A DNA stretch of 64,000 bases, from contig RSEE01000076.1 of NCBI GenBank assembly GCA_003971905.1, positions 248,001-312,000 of the forward strand, given 5' to 3'. Source of the DNA: Moniliella sp. 'wahieum' (lineage: Eukaryota). A program made the translations under genes and the position numbers. Of the stretch, positions 24,370 through 38,567 are shown piece by piece (position 1 is the stretch's first letter; each line of letters opens with the position of its first letter). Below the pieces are notes generated by a model. It was not told the origin of the DNA. It made no database searches and was given only the letters and a program-made list of their open reading frames with translations.

Positions 24370-25406
24370 AGAGTCAGCTGACTTTTACGCAGGCAGCGCT
24401 CCGCGACTGTATACCTCGTGTCTTGCATGGGGCTTGGTTTCCCGGGAACATGAATCATGGCAACCGCGCCTTTCCTCGGACACGCAGAGGGACGAATGTG
24501 TCCCTTGCTATGCCAGATTGCACCCATGAGCCTTCTCTCGACTCCCATGTTCTTTCCCTTTGATTGTAGAACGTTTCGATTCGTTGGTTTGCGTGTTGGA
24601 TGGAGGCCCCTGCTACTGCCGAGGAGGATAGAGCTAGAGCCGTAGCATCGTGCGTTTTATCCGCTGCGTCGCGATTGGAATTGGAGAGTTTGGTGTGTAG
24701 GTCACCCGGATCCGGATCCGCGTCTCGGCCATCTGAATTCACCTGCTCAGTGCACGGAAGTGAAGAGTGAAGGTTCTGGGTGTAGCTTGGGGCAGCTCTG
24801 CTCTGGCCTACGATCCGGACCACTTTTGGGTTCTGATGCGGCGGCCGACTGCCAAGAGCAAGCAAACAGTTGGTCAGGCTTGAAGCTTGAAGCTTGAAGG
24901 GGGGTACTTTTCCTTGGCGCAGTTCAGTGGTATCCAGAACAGTTCAACGCGGGGGGATGAGCGCGAGGATGGGTTTGGGTATGGCGATAAGGGCCGCACG
25001 TGGGAGAAGTGGTGGGGGGTGTAAGACGACAGGGATGAGGCCTGAGGCCTGAGGGATGAGGGAAGAGTGTGGGACTGGAACTGGGATGTGAACCTGGAAG
25101 CGCAATGACTAGGGAGCTATGGGGACCGCTTCCCTTGGAAGAAGAACAGGTAGCCATGCACGGACGATAAGCCCAGTTCGAGCTCACGATGCGGACCATC
25201 CCGCCACTGGGCCCGAGACTACACGCGTGGTCGAAAGATAGAGGTTGCCCTGGCCAACTGATGCCATCTGGGCAACTTCTGGTACCTCTCGTGGGAAGGG
25301 ATTGCATTGTATGTCTGGGCCGGCGGGGGGGCGTGATGGGTAGGTTCAAATTGGTATTGTTGCTAGTAGGGAATAGCACACGGAAGCCGAGAAAGGAGCA
25401 GACGGG

Positions 25407-26124
<718 letters not shown>

Positions 26125-27119
26125 GGCAGGTTGTGGCGGTAGCGAGCAAAACCCCCCTGGGTACTGGACGCCAATTCGGGTTTCCAAGTACGCGGCTGTT
26201 CCCACGCTGTATTACCTACCTTGGGGGGCCAAAATGCAGGGACGTTACGTACACCTTTTCCCCTACGGCTGTTTTGGGTTCTGGCCCCACCCGCCCTTCC
26301 TCCCGCCTGGGAGCCTGGAAGTCTGAGCTGTCGGAGCCTTTGCTGAGGGGTTGGGAGGGTCGTCCTATTACCTCTGATATCACCATACCGTCCCGACGAC
26401 TGTGCCGTCCACAAAAGGGGGCGCGCGTAGCGCCATATAGTGTGCGCCACCTATTTTTTGCGCACTAGAAGGAGAATCCTGAAAGGCCAGGGATCAGGCA
26501 GAGGCCTCGCGGGCAAAGCACCGACGGTTGCTAATGTTGCTGCCGGGATGAATGATGAATGATGCATGGTGATCGATGATACCCAAGGAATGAGTTAATG
26601 AGGGTTGAAAAAGGTGGGGCAATTGGGGTGCTACTGCACTTATATACGCCAGAGGCTATGCCCGGCTACGGCCATGCCAGGCTAAACGATGCCAGTGCTA
26701 TGCCGGTACATCCCAAAACGCTGTCACATGTCACATCCCGTGTCGCCCAACGTCACACTCATCAGACGCGCTTAGTGCAATGAAGGGAGGGAAAGGGCGG
26801 TGGGACCAGGCGACAAAAACAGCGCCAGTTCGCTCTGCCCATCTTGGCCTTACCCTCTACCACAAGCAAGTCTGCACCACCCCCACGATGCATCATGAAG
26901 CGTCCGGCATCGCAGGCGGTCAGGATGCCCCTGAAGTCCATCTTGCCGAGGTTGTTGAGCTGCAAAAACAGCTCGCTTCTGGGGCAGACCTGAGGCCTCA
27001 CAACCCACTCCCGAACAAACAAAAGAAGACCTGAACCAACTCTTGGTCCCGGAGATTGCCACACGCCCAGTTTCACTTAAAACAAGTCACGAAGGGCAAG
27101 GAGGGCCATCGCAAGTTTA

Positions 27120-27901
27120 TTGAGATGGGGATGAACTGGAGGACGACGATGCTCTGGATGATTGGTTTTCCGATGACTCAGAAGACGAAGAGGAGGTGCA
27201 GAAGGGTGCAATACGAAAACGCGTCGTAATGGTCCCACCCCCACAGCTGTTTTGGGCGAGGTAGCCGAGCGGGCCCACAAGGGCCCATCCCAAGTTGAGC
27301 AAGATGCCGTTCCACGGGGCAGGCCACAGAATCATCCAGCACAACATTGCCTTGATGAATGCTTAGTTGGCTGACCTTGCTTTTGCCTAAATCTGACCAA
27401 GGACAAGTAATTGGTGGGAGGCTTTCTTTGGTTCAGACCCAAGACGGATGCAATTGATTCGTCGCTCTGGGACCTCTCTGCTTTGGGGGCCGCGCTCGCC
27501 GCGGTGGACAACTAAGGGTGGGACCCGACGGCCGCGGGCACCAGCAGGCAATCGCCCTACCAATTCTGTCGCCACCTTGAGCCGCATCCCGACCGAGCCG
27601 TTTGTCGGGAGCGGTGCAACCTGGATGCCTTGCTCGAACACATACCTATGCTATGCTTTTGCAGGCGCAGGTGGCACCAATTGTAACAAAGCCCCCCGAG
27701 CATCGGCGCACACCACCACCGCCTCCCCCAATTAGCTTTTCATTGCTACCGACACAACTGCCGAGCCAAAAGTCGTTCCGTGCCACTGTATCCGACTCAG
27801 CGGTGGAGCGGGTACTGAGCATGGCGCGCCAGCAGGACAATGCGCTAACCCATGCCTTTCTCCAGAACACTGTGGACGCGTTGGATCTGTGGCCGTTCTG
27901 A
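27120..27901 (+). pseudogene. Possible decayed hAT-family transposase C-terminal (dimerisation) fragment
   Basis: Acidic run DELEDDDALDDWFSDDSEDEEE, then LFWAR*...HPKLSKM and ATVSDSAVERVLSMARQQ...NTVDAL, resembling the hAT consensus WW...YPxLxxMA...PATSxxxERxFS. Contains stops; no TIRs found. Confidence 0.35.
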
Positions 27902-28448
27902 GAGGGCGGTGAACGGTGTGGGAGGGTGATGAGGCACGATGTGTGCAGTATAGCAGAACAGATGGCTTGGCAGATAGCACCGCAGAGATAGCAAGGCACA
28001 CGCGTGCGACAGATACGGAGGACTGTGTACTGAGTAAATGGTAAACGGGGAGTACAGAGGTCGTGCGTACGCACTGAGCGCGCGGAGATACGGAGCGGCT
28101 GAGCTGAGCCTCAGCTCAACCAGCGGCTTTTCCTGGAGAGGGAGAGCGCTGTTGGGGTGCTGTTCTGTCCTGAGTTTGGCTAAAAATGAATAAAGGGGAC
28201 CGTGCATCACACACATCACGTGCCACGCGTGATGTACAATCCCACGACTCCCGCCGTGCCGTGCCTGCCGATCGATGATCCACGCCTACTGCGTTCTGCC
28301 CACTACTGCCGCCTGCTGCTTGAACACATGTCGAACGCAGCAGCCGAGAAATTCTCAAATGTGCTTATGGATTGGTTGATCTGGTGCTCGTCTCCCTCTC
28401 CCGGGTCCACCTTCTCTGCCAGCACCGCCCCCCCGTGTGTCGCCCATC

Positions 28449-29975
28449 ATGGCCGGTCCCTGGGTTCAGATCTCGTGTGCCATCACATGGTGCCTCCTCT
28501 CCGCAGGCATCTGCTTTGGCTTTGCCGCCATCAAGCCCGTCTTTGTCGCCGAGGGCGTGTATGCTGATCTGTGTCTGCCTGGCCAGGCCCCCTGCCTCGA
28601 GCAGGACCTCAAGCTCAACTTTATGTGGACCGTCGCTGCTGGTTCAACCAACGCCGTATCGCTGCTTGTCGGAGCCATCCTCGACCACAAGGGCCCTCGC
28701 GCCTGTGGCTTTGTGGGCGTCTTCTTTCTTACCCTGGGCGCGTTGCTGCTAAGCGAGCATCCTTCCGCCAGTTGGTTTGATCCCTTTTTGGTCGGCTACT
28801 CTGTGCTGGCGCTCGGCGGGCCTTTCGTTTCATCTCCACCTTCCAGCTGGCCAATGCTGTGCCCGACCATTCGGGCAAGGTTTTGGCGGCTATCACGGGC
28901 GCGTTTGACACCTCTTCTGCCCTCTTCCTCTTTTACCGTTTGGCCTACCAGCATGCATCCCATGGCATCTCCATCGCCACCTTTTTCCGTTGCTACTTGA
29001 TCGTCCCCTGCTTCATCTTGCTCTGCCAGCTCTTTATTATGCCCCACGAGAGCTACACGGCTGGTGGAGTCAAGCCCACGTCCGAGATTGCGGATGCAGC
29101 GACCGAGGCTACTGAGCACGAGCATCTTCTCGACCAGCACCAGGAAAACTTGTCCTCCTTTGGTCGGATTGGGGGCAACCAAGGAGGCGTGGCGGCTGGC
29201 ACGAGTGCCTTCAGCATCGTCAGCAGCGTGCCCGAGGGCGGCAGGATCATGGATGGCCAAGCCCACCAGGACGTAACGGAGCGCTTGATCCGCAAGACGG
29301 GCGGGATTTTCGGTGTCTTGGATGGCTTGTCGGCCCAGCAGCAAATTGGCTCCCTCTGGTTTGCCCTCATTCTCACCATGACTTGCATTTGCATGCTGCG
29401 CATCAACTTTTTCATCTCCACGGTTGGAGCTCAGGAACTTTACTTGATCGGCCCGGTGGGCGCAGCGACCATTGGCAATGTGTTCGATGTAGCTCTTCCA
29501 GCGGGAGGGGTGGTGGCAATCCCCTTCATTGGTATGCTGCTCGACGGTCTTACCACGTTCCAAGTCTTGGAAGTGCTTTGCTCTGCCAGCGTTCTGACCG
29601 GCGTTCTGGGCTGGTTCCACTCATTCTGGTTGAACCTGTTGGGTGTGTTGGTGCTGGTCATGTACCGCCCCTTTTACTATTCTGTCACCACCGAATTGGC
29701 GGCCAAGGTGTTTGGCCCGGTTACCTTTGGCCGACTGTATGGTTTGATCATGACTCTGGGGTGTGTTTAACATGCTCCAGGCTGTGCTGGATCGGTTCAT
29801 GCACAGTTCCCTGGGCGGAAACCCGACCCCCATCAATGTTCTCATGACTACCGTCACAGCGGGAGTGGCTCTCTGCCTACTGTGGTTCACCAAGCGCGAG
29901 GGTGACCGCCGGCTCCAAGCCTTGGACGGGGAAGATGACGAGGAAGATGAGGGTACCACGTATGGTACGCTTTGA
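28449..29975 (+). CDS. FMP42: MFS transporter, Fmp42/SLC43-like (apparent frameshifts near 28830 and 29765)
   Basis: WCLLSAGICFGFAAIKPV; CLEQDLKLNFMWTVA; GAILDHKGPR; LALGGPF; TGAFDTSS; MLRINFFISTV; YRPFYY; FGRLYG; multiple hydrophobic segments. Confidence 0.85.
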
Positions 29976-30345
29976 GTTTCCTCGTGAGTATGGGCCTTTT
30001 CAGGAGGCTGGTCGCCTTCCAGTCTCCTTCGCGAGGCTCATCTTGCTCTCTACATTATTTGTCGGTACTCCTCTCTAGTTGCCGTTCTTCACTACTCGGC
30101 TGCGTACTGCTGTCTGTATTCATTGTCGTTTCATTGGCTGCATTCACCCATCCTCTGTCCCAACCCACTCATTCACTGTCCTTGTCCTTGGCGCTGTTCA
30201 TGTCGCGTCAAGCTGACTCCGCCAAACATTAATCAGTCGCCACAGTCAAGGCAGGGGTGTTCAAGGATTTCAGGGTATAGCGAAAGAGATCATTATAATA
30301 GGGGACTGTCTAACAGATGGGGTCAAATCATTCCACAAAATCCAT

Positions 30346-32197
30346 TTACGCCTTCGCCTTCTGGGCTGCCTTGGCAGCCTTGGCAGCCACCCGAGCGTGG
30401 AGGTCACGCACGTCCAATGCAGCCTCCTGGATGTAGTGCGCCAAGAGCTGGGTTTGCGGGCCCCGGCTCATCACAGTAAAAGTCAAAGAGCCCTCCTTGA
30501 TGGCGTATGCCACCCCAAACCCTGAAGGCGTCACCTCGCCAAATCCCCAACAGGCCAGGTGGGGGGAGGAGATCTGAGAGGTGGACAGTTTCCACGTGGT
30601 GGAGGTGGCAAAGGTAGGGTCCTTGTAGAGCGCCGGCAGTTCTTCCCCCGGGGCAAGCAGTTTCTTAAGTCCGTACAAGTGGCGGTCCACCCCTTGGGCA
30701 TTGGAGGCCCAGCTGGCGTACTTCAAATGCCGTTTGGTCGCCTCTTGGAACTTGGCCACCGTCACCTCGTCCGGTACGGACGCGTCCTCCATCGCTTCGC
30801 AGAATGCCTTGCTCTCTGCCGAGGCAGTTCGGATGACCTCGGTGCGCCCAAGAAGAAACTTGCGCGTCTGGCACGATTCGTACGTCCCGCATGGCCGGCC
30901 TGCCAGTTTGTAGTACGCCAGCTGGATCACCATTTGGACCCAAGCGTCAGGGGAGGTCCGGCACGCTTTGATCAAGCCCTTGCCATATGCATGGAACTGC
31001 ACTACCTCCAAGCTGTGATGGCGCATCACATCATCAAAGTCACCCAACGCCCCACGAATCGCCTCTTGCGCCGCTGCGTTGACCTCGAATGGAACGCTTG
31101 GGGCGCCGGCAGCTCACTCGCCGGACGGTTCGACTTGCCCAGGTCGACTTTACCATTTGCCAATGCAGCCAGGACAAAGTCGTTCATCCGCAGTGTGGGT
31201 GTGCCGTCCATGGTCGAGTGTTCGCCATTGTACCCCGACACACCGTTCTCGAAGACGATGAGTTGCTGCTTGTCGAAGAAACGGTTCCGGGCACCCTGAC
31301 CAAAGTACAATTCCCATGCCACCTCGTTGGTCAGAATCGGGGCAAGCGAATCGAGGCACACAACAATCACTGCCGACTGGATGATCTCGAAGGACTTGGC
31401 ATTCTGCGGCGAGGCGACAAGGATGGCCTCCCGGGCATCTGCCCATTTGTCCCGATTCTCCCCCGTCAACGCACCAATGGGGTACTTCTCCTCGGTTTGA
31501 GCATCCGGGTGAGCCAAAACGCGCTGGAGCTGGGTTTGCAGCTCCCTATACTCAGTTCGGCCCAGAGGCATCAACCAGGTCGAAAGTGAAGAACTTTCCA
31601 TTGCGAACAACAACAACGTGGTTGTTTGTCTTGGGGTCGTACTTCTCCGCATAGTCGACGGGCTTGTGAGGCAGGCGGCTCGTGTTGAACAGCCACTGGT
31701 ACGATGCCGAACAGAGAGCGCCAGTCTTTGTCTTTTCTGGGTGAAGCGTGCCGGCCTCTACCAGGCGGCGGAAGGCGAGGAACCCCTTGAGAAGCGATGC
31801 AGCACGCGAAACATTGGTTGTGCGCGTGCGATCGTTTTGGTGGTGGTAAAAGTAGTTGACGTTGGGCACGAGCGAGTCGCGGTAGCCAAAGTAAGCATCT
31901 TCGTTCCACCAGTCGGACAACCAACTGTCCAAGCTGGCCGCCCGTGCCTCGAGCCGCTCTTGAAGCTTGTTGAACAGGGCACTGTCCTTGCCCGTCTTGG
32001 CACTCTCGATCGCTTCGGCTGTCAAGGCACGCTGCTCAGGAGTGGTGGTGAAGGGGGTGGTGCTTTCGAGGTAGCGCTCCAGCGTCTGCGCAAGCGGCGG
32101 AACGGGCAGGTGGGGCAGTGTGGACTGCCTCGAAGAGCGGACCAGGGGGCAGACAGACCCCCGGGGCACGGTGGAACATATCGGCGTTAGTGACCAT
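30346..32197 (-). CDS. CAT2: Carnitine O-acetyltransferase (several apparent frameshifts)
   Basis: LPHLPVPPLAQTLERYL; WLSDWW; NRFFDK; GEHSTMDGTP (catalytic His); SPDAWVQMVIQLAYY; TYESCQTRKFLLGRTEVIR; GVDRHL; LSTSQ. Confidence 0.93.
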
Positions 32198-34525
32198 GGT
32201 AGAGAGACGGGGGAATGAAGATGGGTCTGAGAGAGCGGATCTAAAAGGGAAGGCGGCCAACTTAAACTACTGTCATCTCACACGCGCACGTACCACCTTG
32301 GCGGCGTAGCGGGTAGCCTAAAGTGCCCAGTGGCGCACCTATAATACCTGCCGCTCCCACGCACGCCCCAGCGGATTTGCCCGGAGAGAGCAGCAAGCCC
32401 AGCTCCGGTAAAGCCGCATTGGGGCGCATGCACGGCGCCAGTGTGCCCAGGTCGCTCTGTCTCTCCTCCCGGCGGGACCGCGCTCCGACTTGCTCGATGC
32501 TGGGGAAGGCTGGGGACCGCGCTCGCTGGGAGCCCAACATAAGCAAAAAAGAGTCTCGACCGCCGGCTCCGGCGGCGCCCCGGACCACCAGCATTGTCGC
32601 CACGGTAGGCCATCACTGCCTGGCCAGCGCGTTCCAGGGAGGATGAGGAAACTCGCTTTGCTGGTTCCGCTCGTTTTATCCCGAGACGAGACAGCTAGCT
32701 AGGCCCTGGGGTTTTCTTTCGATGATGCGCGCGCGCGATGACGATCGATGGGTACTGGGTAGCAATGCAAATGCATAATGGTCTACATGACCATGCATCA
32801 CGTGTCGAGCATCATGCATCACATCCTCAGTCTCAGGGGACGGCGCGCTTGAAACTTGAGCACAGGATCATGAACGAGTGGGACGAATGTGTTCAATGAA
32901 TAATGGGATCTGGGAGGGGAGCGATTTATGGGAAACAACTGTCGAGATACTTAGTCGACTAGTCTCCGCGAGACAGTCTGCTCCGCGCGTATACGCATCA
33001 AGTCCAAGACAGAGATGCAAGAGAGGAGAGAAGAGATGGTGGCCGGGATGGAGAGGAAGGGAAAACACAGAAAGCGCGGGAGTACTGCGCCAGAGTGCGC
33101 GCGAGCGAGTGGCTTGCCTAGTTGCCCAATCACATTCGTATCCCACATCTGACATCATGCATCATGTATGCATCATACCAAACCGACGACCGTGTTGCAC
33201 GTTGGAGGCGATGAGGCCTCACCTGAGGCCTGAGGCCGATTGAATCGAGGAGGTCGACAAGGGCCTGAGGTTTTGAGGTCGACGGGATCGGCGATGCCGA
33301 TGACTGATGACGATGTGGGCCATTGGCCCTTGGAGCCTGGTGGTGTTTAACGAGCCTAACGTTTAGTCTAGCTCCCCAAAGATGTCCTGGTCGCGGGATA
33401 TGGTGGAGGAGTGGAGGTCAGATCTCAGAAAGCAGGCTCGTCGCAGGCGTGTCGCAGCACTCCCCGCTTGAGGGGGACGAGATGTGAGATCGATGTGAGA
33501 GGTGGAGTCCTGCGTTATGGGGAGAGAGCACCAGTACTGCCGCAAGCAGCCATTTCCTCTGGCGCCTCAGGGCACTGTAAAGCCTGGCAGCTCCCGTGGC
33601 TCACATGCACACACGCTCCGAATCTGACCGACTGACGCGGCGAACGCATGCATGTGAACGTCGTCGGTGAAAAAAAGGTGAGGTCACCGGGGTCAATGTT
33701 TGCCGGTTGCCACACATCATTCATTGGTCAACACGTCAACATGTCAACGTTGCACTTCGAACGTTGAACGTTGGTGCGTGACATGGTTAACGCGCGTAAC
33801 GAACAGGTATCGAGCGAGTATCATTCGTGTCATGGACCCTCGATCATGCACCTGAGGCCTGATGCCTGAGGCCTGATGATCGATACAGCCTCCGCGCCGG
33901 AGGCGGCACAGGCCTGCGCGCCTGAGCGCGCCCTGGGCCTCGGGCCCTTAGGCCCGAGGCCCCTGAGGCCCTCTCCAGCGCCTGAAGCTTGAAGAGATTC
34001 GAATGAGCATCAGCAAGTCGATGATGTCAACGATTTCTGCAGCCCACATTTGCGGCAAAAAAAACACAGCATTACGACGCCTTGTTAGCCAGGACAGTGC
34101 CCCGTGCACCCATGTACTCGCGTGACGTCGACGGCACCTGTCTCTGGCTTGTCTCACACATTTCAGTCAGATTCGGTGAACATGGAGTAGCCATTTGCTT
34201 TTATATTGCCTACCTCCTCCCTCCCCAGTTCCTTCCTATCCCCCCTCCTTCCTCATCAAGGCCACCCCACCCCAACTCTTCTAAGGCAGACATCCTAGGC
34301 GATCTGCCGTTCGTCACCGTACAGAAAATCTCCCTCACGGCAACGACGAGAACGAACCCTTGTTTGCGCTCAGCCTGAGCATTGCACCCTGCTTGACCCG
34401 ACTCAGCGCTCAGCCTGCGGACTCAGCACACAACTCAGCCTTTGCAATTCATTCGACGCTGAACGGACTACCTCCATCAACGTTCAACCCCTCTTCCTGT
34501 CTAACCATCACTAGACTTCCCAGCC

Positions 34526-35553
34526 ATGAAGTACGCACCTCTACACGGGTATTACTGGGTCCTCCCAGTAATTACTGCTCTTCTTTGGTTCGCCGACCTG
34601 GTCGCTATGCTAGGTTTGTGGGCCCATGCAGGCCATCCCCGCTACAAGCCCAAGGAACCTATGCCCCCCTTCCTCAGTGATATGGGGGCGGCAAACCATG
34701 CTACATTTGAAGGTCTCTCAATCTCCACCGCCGGCATGTACATGATCACCATTCTCGTCGAGCGTTATTTGCGTCACCGCCGTCGTATTCCCGGATCCGT
34801 CCGCATTATCTCCACCTATTACGACTGGGCATGCGTTTTGTTCACCTGGCTCGGGTGCTTTGGCTTGATTTTCCTCTCCATTTATGATGCTTTCCATCAT
34901 TCAACCACTCGTACGTTTTCCCATTTCCTTTTGCCCCCAGTTTCGTTTGCAATTACTGACACGAATTGGCCGACGCATTTTGGTCCCACCTACCCAGATT
35001 GGAGTTGCACCGTCGTCTTCATCGTCGGCACTCTCCTCGGCGTGTTTTTCCAGTGCTGTGAGATCTACTCGCTGGCGGCATCGCACCAGGGCACAAGCAA
35101 GAAGGTGTTCAAAACCCTTTTCATCATCGCCTCTGTCAAGGTCTCCATCCTTGTGGTTGCCATTGCGGTCGCAATTGCGTTCGGTGTGCTGTATGAGCAT
35201 TGCGATGGCGATCGATTCTCCACCAAGCACGCCAATTGCAGCTCCTACGTCAATGCTGCGGCCGGGTGCGAATTTACCGTGGCCTTTATCCTGTTTGTCT
35301 ACTTCTTCAGCCACGTTGCCGACTTTTGGGATGCACGCCACCGTTACAATCTCAACGTGGAAGGCGACGGCTATGTGGACTATGAGAAAGGTGGTCCGCG
35401 CCGCCAGACGCTTGGATCCGACACGACGTCGGACAATGTGGAGGCACAGTACAATGGTGCAGCTCCCGTGAACGCGCAGGGAGAGTTCTCCTATGCACAG
35501 CAACCGTACGCTCCCCCCCTCCGGTTGTGGGGAATGGTGCCGCCGCGTATTAG
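34526..35553 (+). CDS. SFK1: Frag1/DRAM/Sfk1-family membrane protein (intron 34911-34997; C-terminus at 35553 or 35578 depending on one indel)
   Basis: LPVITALLW...LGLW...PRY...PFLSDMGA...ERYLRH.RR; LIFLSIYDAFHHSTTHW after splicing; about six TM segments. Confidence 0.8.
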
Positions 35554-36303
35554 CAACCTCGCATGTTCTTTTCATTGAGGGTGGCGAGAAGCTAGTCACC
35601 CCAAAGGTGTAGGGCTACCTCTGGATATATGGTCGATCCTGTATTGACGACGCTATGACTCCTATGGGTGCTTCCTCACCTCCAGCGAGTGGGGGCCCCT
35701 GGGCGCCCCGCCGTTACCTGTTATCGATGTTGACTCGAGGGGAGACACATCTCCCCACAGACGTTTTTTGGGCGCGTATGCACACTCGCTGTCGGAGAGG
35801 AGAGCGATTGATGATATGGTGGTGTGTGTGTGTGTGTGCGTGCGTGCAGCCTCGTTTTATTCTGTTTAAGCTCCCCCTTCCCATACCCTATCGCGCCAGA
35901 AAATACACACTCCATGGTTCGAGCGCCTGTTGTGGACGACATAGCGAGTGCAGTCAGTCGCCCACCCTTTAGCGTAGAGCAGCGAGACGAGGCGAGGAAA
36001 GGCGGGCGGCTGCTGGGCTGGTGCGGTGCCCTGCGGCTGGGCCGCGGTGGCTGGCGTGGTGCTGCGTGGTGCTGCGTGCGGCTGCCTGCCGCTGCGCGTT
36101 AGGGTTTGGCCCGACGGAAACAGAGGCCGCAGGCGAGAGTGGCGCGGTGCCTGCGCAATTTCTTCGCTTTTCGCCTTTTTCCGCCGCCCGCCTCCCGCCG
36201 CCTCCCGCCCGCGGCCCGCATGGGCTGGCCGTCGCCCGGCTACGGCGCTCGACCAACCACCTCTTTGCCCCTCCCGCGTCGCTTTGCTGCCTCCCTGCCC
36301 AGC

Positions 36304-37911
36304 ATGGCGAGTACGACCTGACCGGCAAGTTCCTGCAGCATGTGGATCGCCACCTGCATCCCCATGCTCCAATTCCTCGGCAGCACCGACCTCTTCAACG
36401 AAGCCGATCTGGCCAAGGCCCAGTACGAGCTGGCCCGCGACACGGACATGGCCCAGTTTGCCAACGAGCTGTTCCAGGCTGCGTACCCTGGCCAGGCCCT
36501 GCCCGCTGCTGCCGCCAAGTCCGAGGAGGCCGTGGCGGCGAAAGAGAAGGAGCTCGACGCTGCCGTCGGCCCCGCCATCAAGGTGATTGAGGATCCTACT
36601 GTGCTCAGCAACCTCACCAACGACAAGCAGCGCAACCTCAGGGTTCTCGAGCAGCAGCACGGTCTCTCGCTTGACAATATTAATGCTCTTTACCGCTACG
36701 GCTTTTTCCAGTTCAGCTCGGGCAACTACGCTGCGGCCTCGAGCTACCTCTACCACTTCCGCGTCTTCTCTACCGACCCTGCCTTGACCCTGTCGACCTA
36801 CTGGGGCAAGTTGGCCGCGGACACGCTCTTGGGCAACTGGGACGACGCCCTGACCGAGCTCAAGCTGCTGCGGGACCAGGTTGAAAGTGGGGCTGGGGCC
36901 GGGGCGACGGTAAGTGGCGACTCGACCGACGTCTCCCCCTTGGCGGACAGCTTGAGCTCGGGGCAAGGGGTGAACGAGCAACTGCTCAAGAAACGGGTTT
37001 GGCTCTTGCATTGGTCGTTGTTTGTATACTTTAACCACCCGCAAGGCCGGGAGCTGCTGGTCGAGCACTTTTTTTCCCCGGCGTACCTGAGTGCTGTGCA
37101 AACGTCGGCGCCGTGGTTGTTGCGGTACTTGGTTGTGGCCCTGGTCTTGACCCGCCGTACGACGCGCGCGTACCATGTGCTCCAGGCTGGTTCGGCCGCA
37201 GCCGGCGCAGACCGTGCGGCAGTGACCAAGCTTTACTCGCAAAATGCGATGCGGGAGTTGGTCAAGGTCCTCCAGGCCGAACAAGACCGGCGTGAGGAGG
37301 AGCTGGAGGAGCCCGTGCCCTTGGCGCCTGGGGAGAGCGCCCGTGCGGTCGGCCCGGCAGACCCGGTGCTCAAGTTCATCCTTGTGCTCTTTGATGAGTT
37401 TGACTTTGAGGCTGCCCAGGCCGAGCTGACCAAGGCCGAGTTGGTGGTGGACAATGACTTTTTCCTTGCGGAGCACAAGGAACAGTTCCTCGAGTCGGCC
37501 CGTTGGCTCATCTCGGAACTCTACTGCGGCATTCATCACCGTGTGGACATTACCGACCTGTCCAAGCGCCTCAACCTGTCCCCTGAGGAGGGGGAGAAGT
37601 GGGTGGTCAACCTGATCCGCGAGTCCAACGTGGACGCCAAGATTGACCTGAAGGAACGGATGGTGTACATGAACCAGCCGCCGCAGGCCATTTACAACGA
37701 CGTGATTGAAAAGACACGCGGGTACGTCTTCCGCACCTCGGCCATGGGCCAGGCAATGGACCACAAGGCGCGTCCGCAAGGCTCGACACCGGACAAAGAT
37801 GCCAAGGACAAGTCGGCCCATGCTCCCAAGAACCAAAAGTCCGCCGAGGACACCCCCACGCCCACCAACGACCGTTCTACTCCTGCGCCTGTGTCGGGGG
37901 CCGACGCGTAA
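36304..37911 (+). CDS. INT6: Eukaryotic translation initiation factor 3 subunit E (Int6); indels near the start
   Basis: YDLTGKFLQHVDRHL; FQFSSGNY..ASSYLYHFR; WGKLAA; RVWLLHWSLFVYFNH; YLSAVQTSAPWLLRYL; PCI domain EKWVVNLIR...DAKID. Confidence 0.95.
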
Positions 37912-38567
37912 TCTACGGTTCTTCGCTACTGTTTTTTGGCTGTTACCCTTGCTTGACGCGTATACGTGTGGACCTCACCATGTTCCGCTCAGCAAGTCCC
38001 TCGCGAACCTGGTCAGGTCATTCTGGAGAAAGGATGATACGCCTTGCCAGTCCTTATCGAATATCCTGTCCAGTGCTTTTGACCTGATAAGTCATCGTTG
38101 TCGGTACCGGATTTCTCCCCTAGGTTGCCATTCATAACGCGGCGCGGGGCGCGCAAGCCCAAAAAGGAACAGGACAGACAGGGCAGGACAGGACAGGCCG
38201 GGGCAGGGCCAGAGTGGGATAGAGACTGGGGTTAAAAGGGACCAAGGGAGAATTACGAGTACCTGCATGTGTTGGTACTCAAAAATGGAATGTCCATGCA
38301 TCACGACAAGATGGTCAAGAAGCATAGGATAGGAGAGGGAGGGACATCAACAAAGAGCCTGTAGAGATGGGGTACGGCCACCGACTTTTATTACGACACG
38401 AAAGTGTCACAGGGTAACGGGGTAGCAGCAGCAGATGTGATCTGAGAAAGGACAGGAGGGGGAGAGGATGTCATGAGCACCTACCCCGGCGTGGACAGCT
38501 CCGCAGTGTCCCGGCCCACTGCATAGGTCCCGACGCCAATCACTGGGGGCTATAGGGGTGGCAGAAT

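Noticed and set aside
35866..37836. 656-aa minus-strand ORF and other long antisense ORFs (e.g. 19957-20769, 28796-29620, 53901-55043)
   Set aside because: Antisense shadows of well-supported genes in high-GC DNA.
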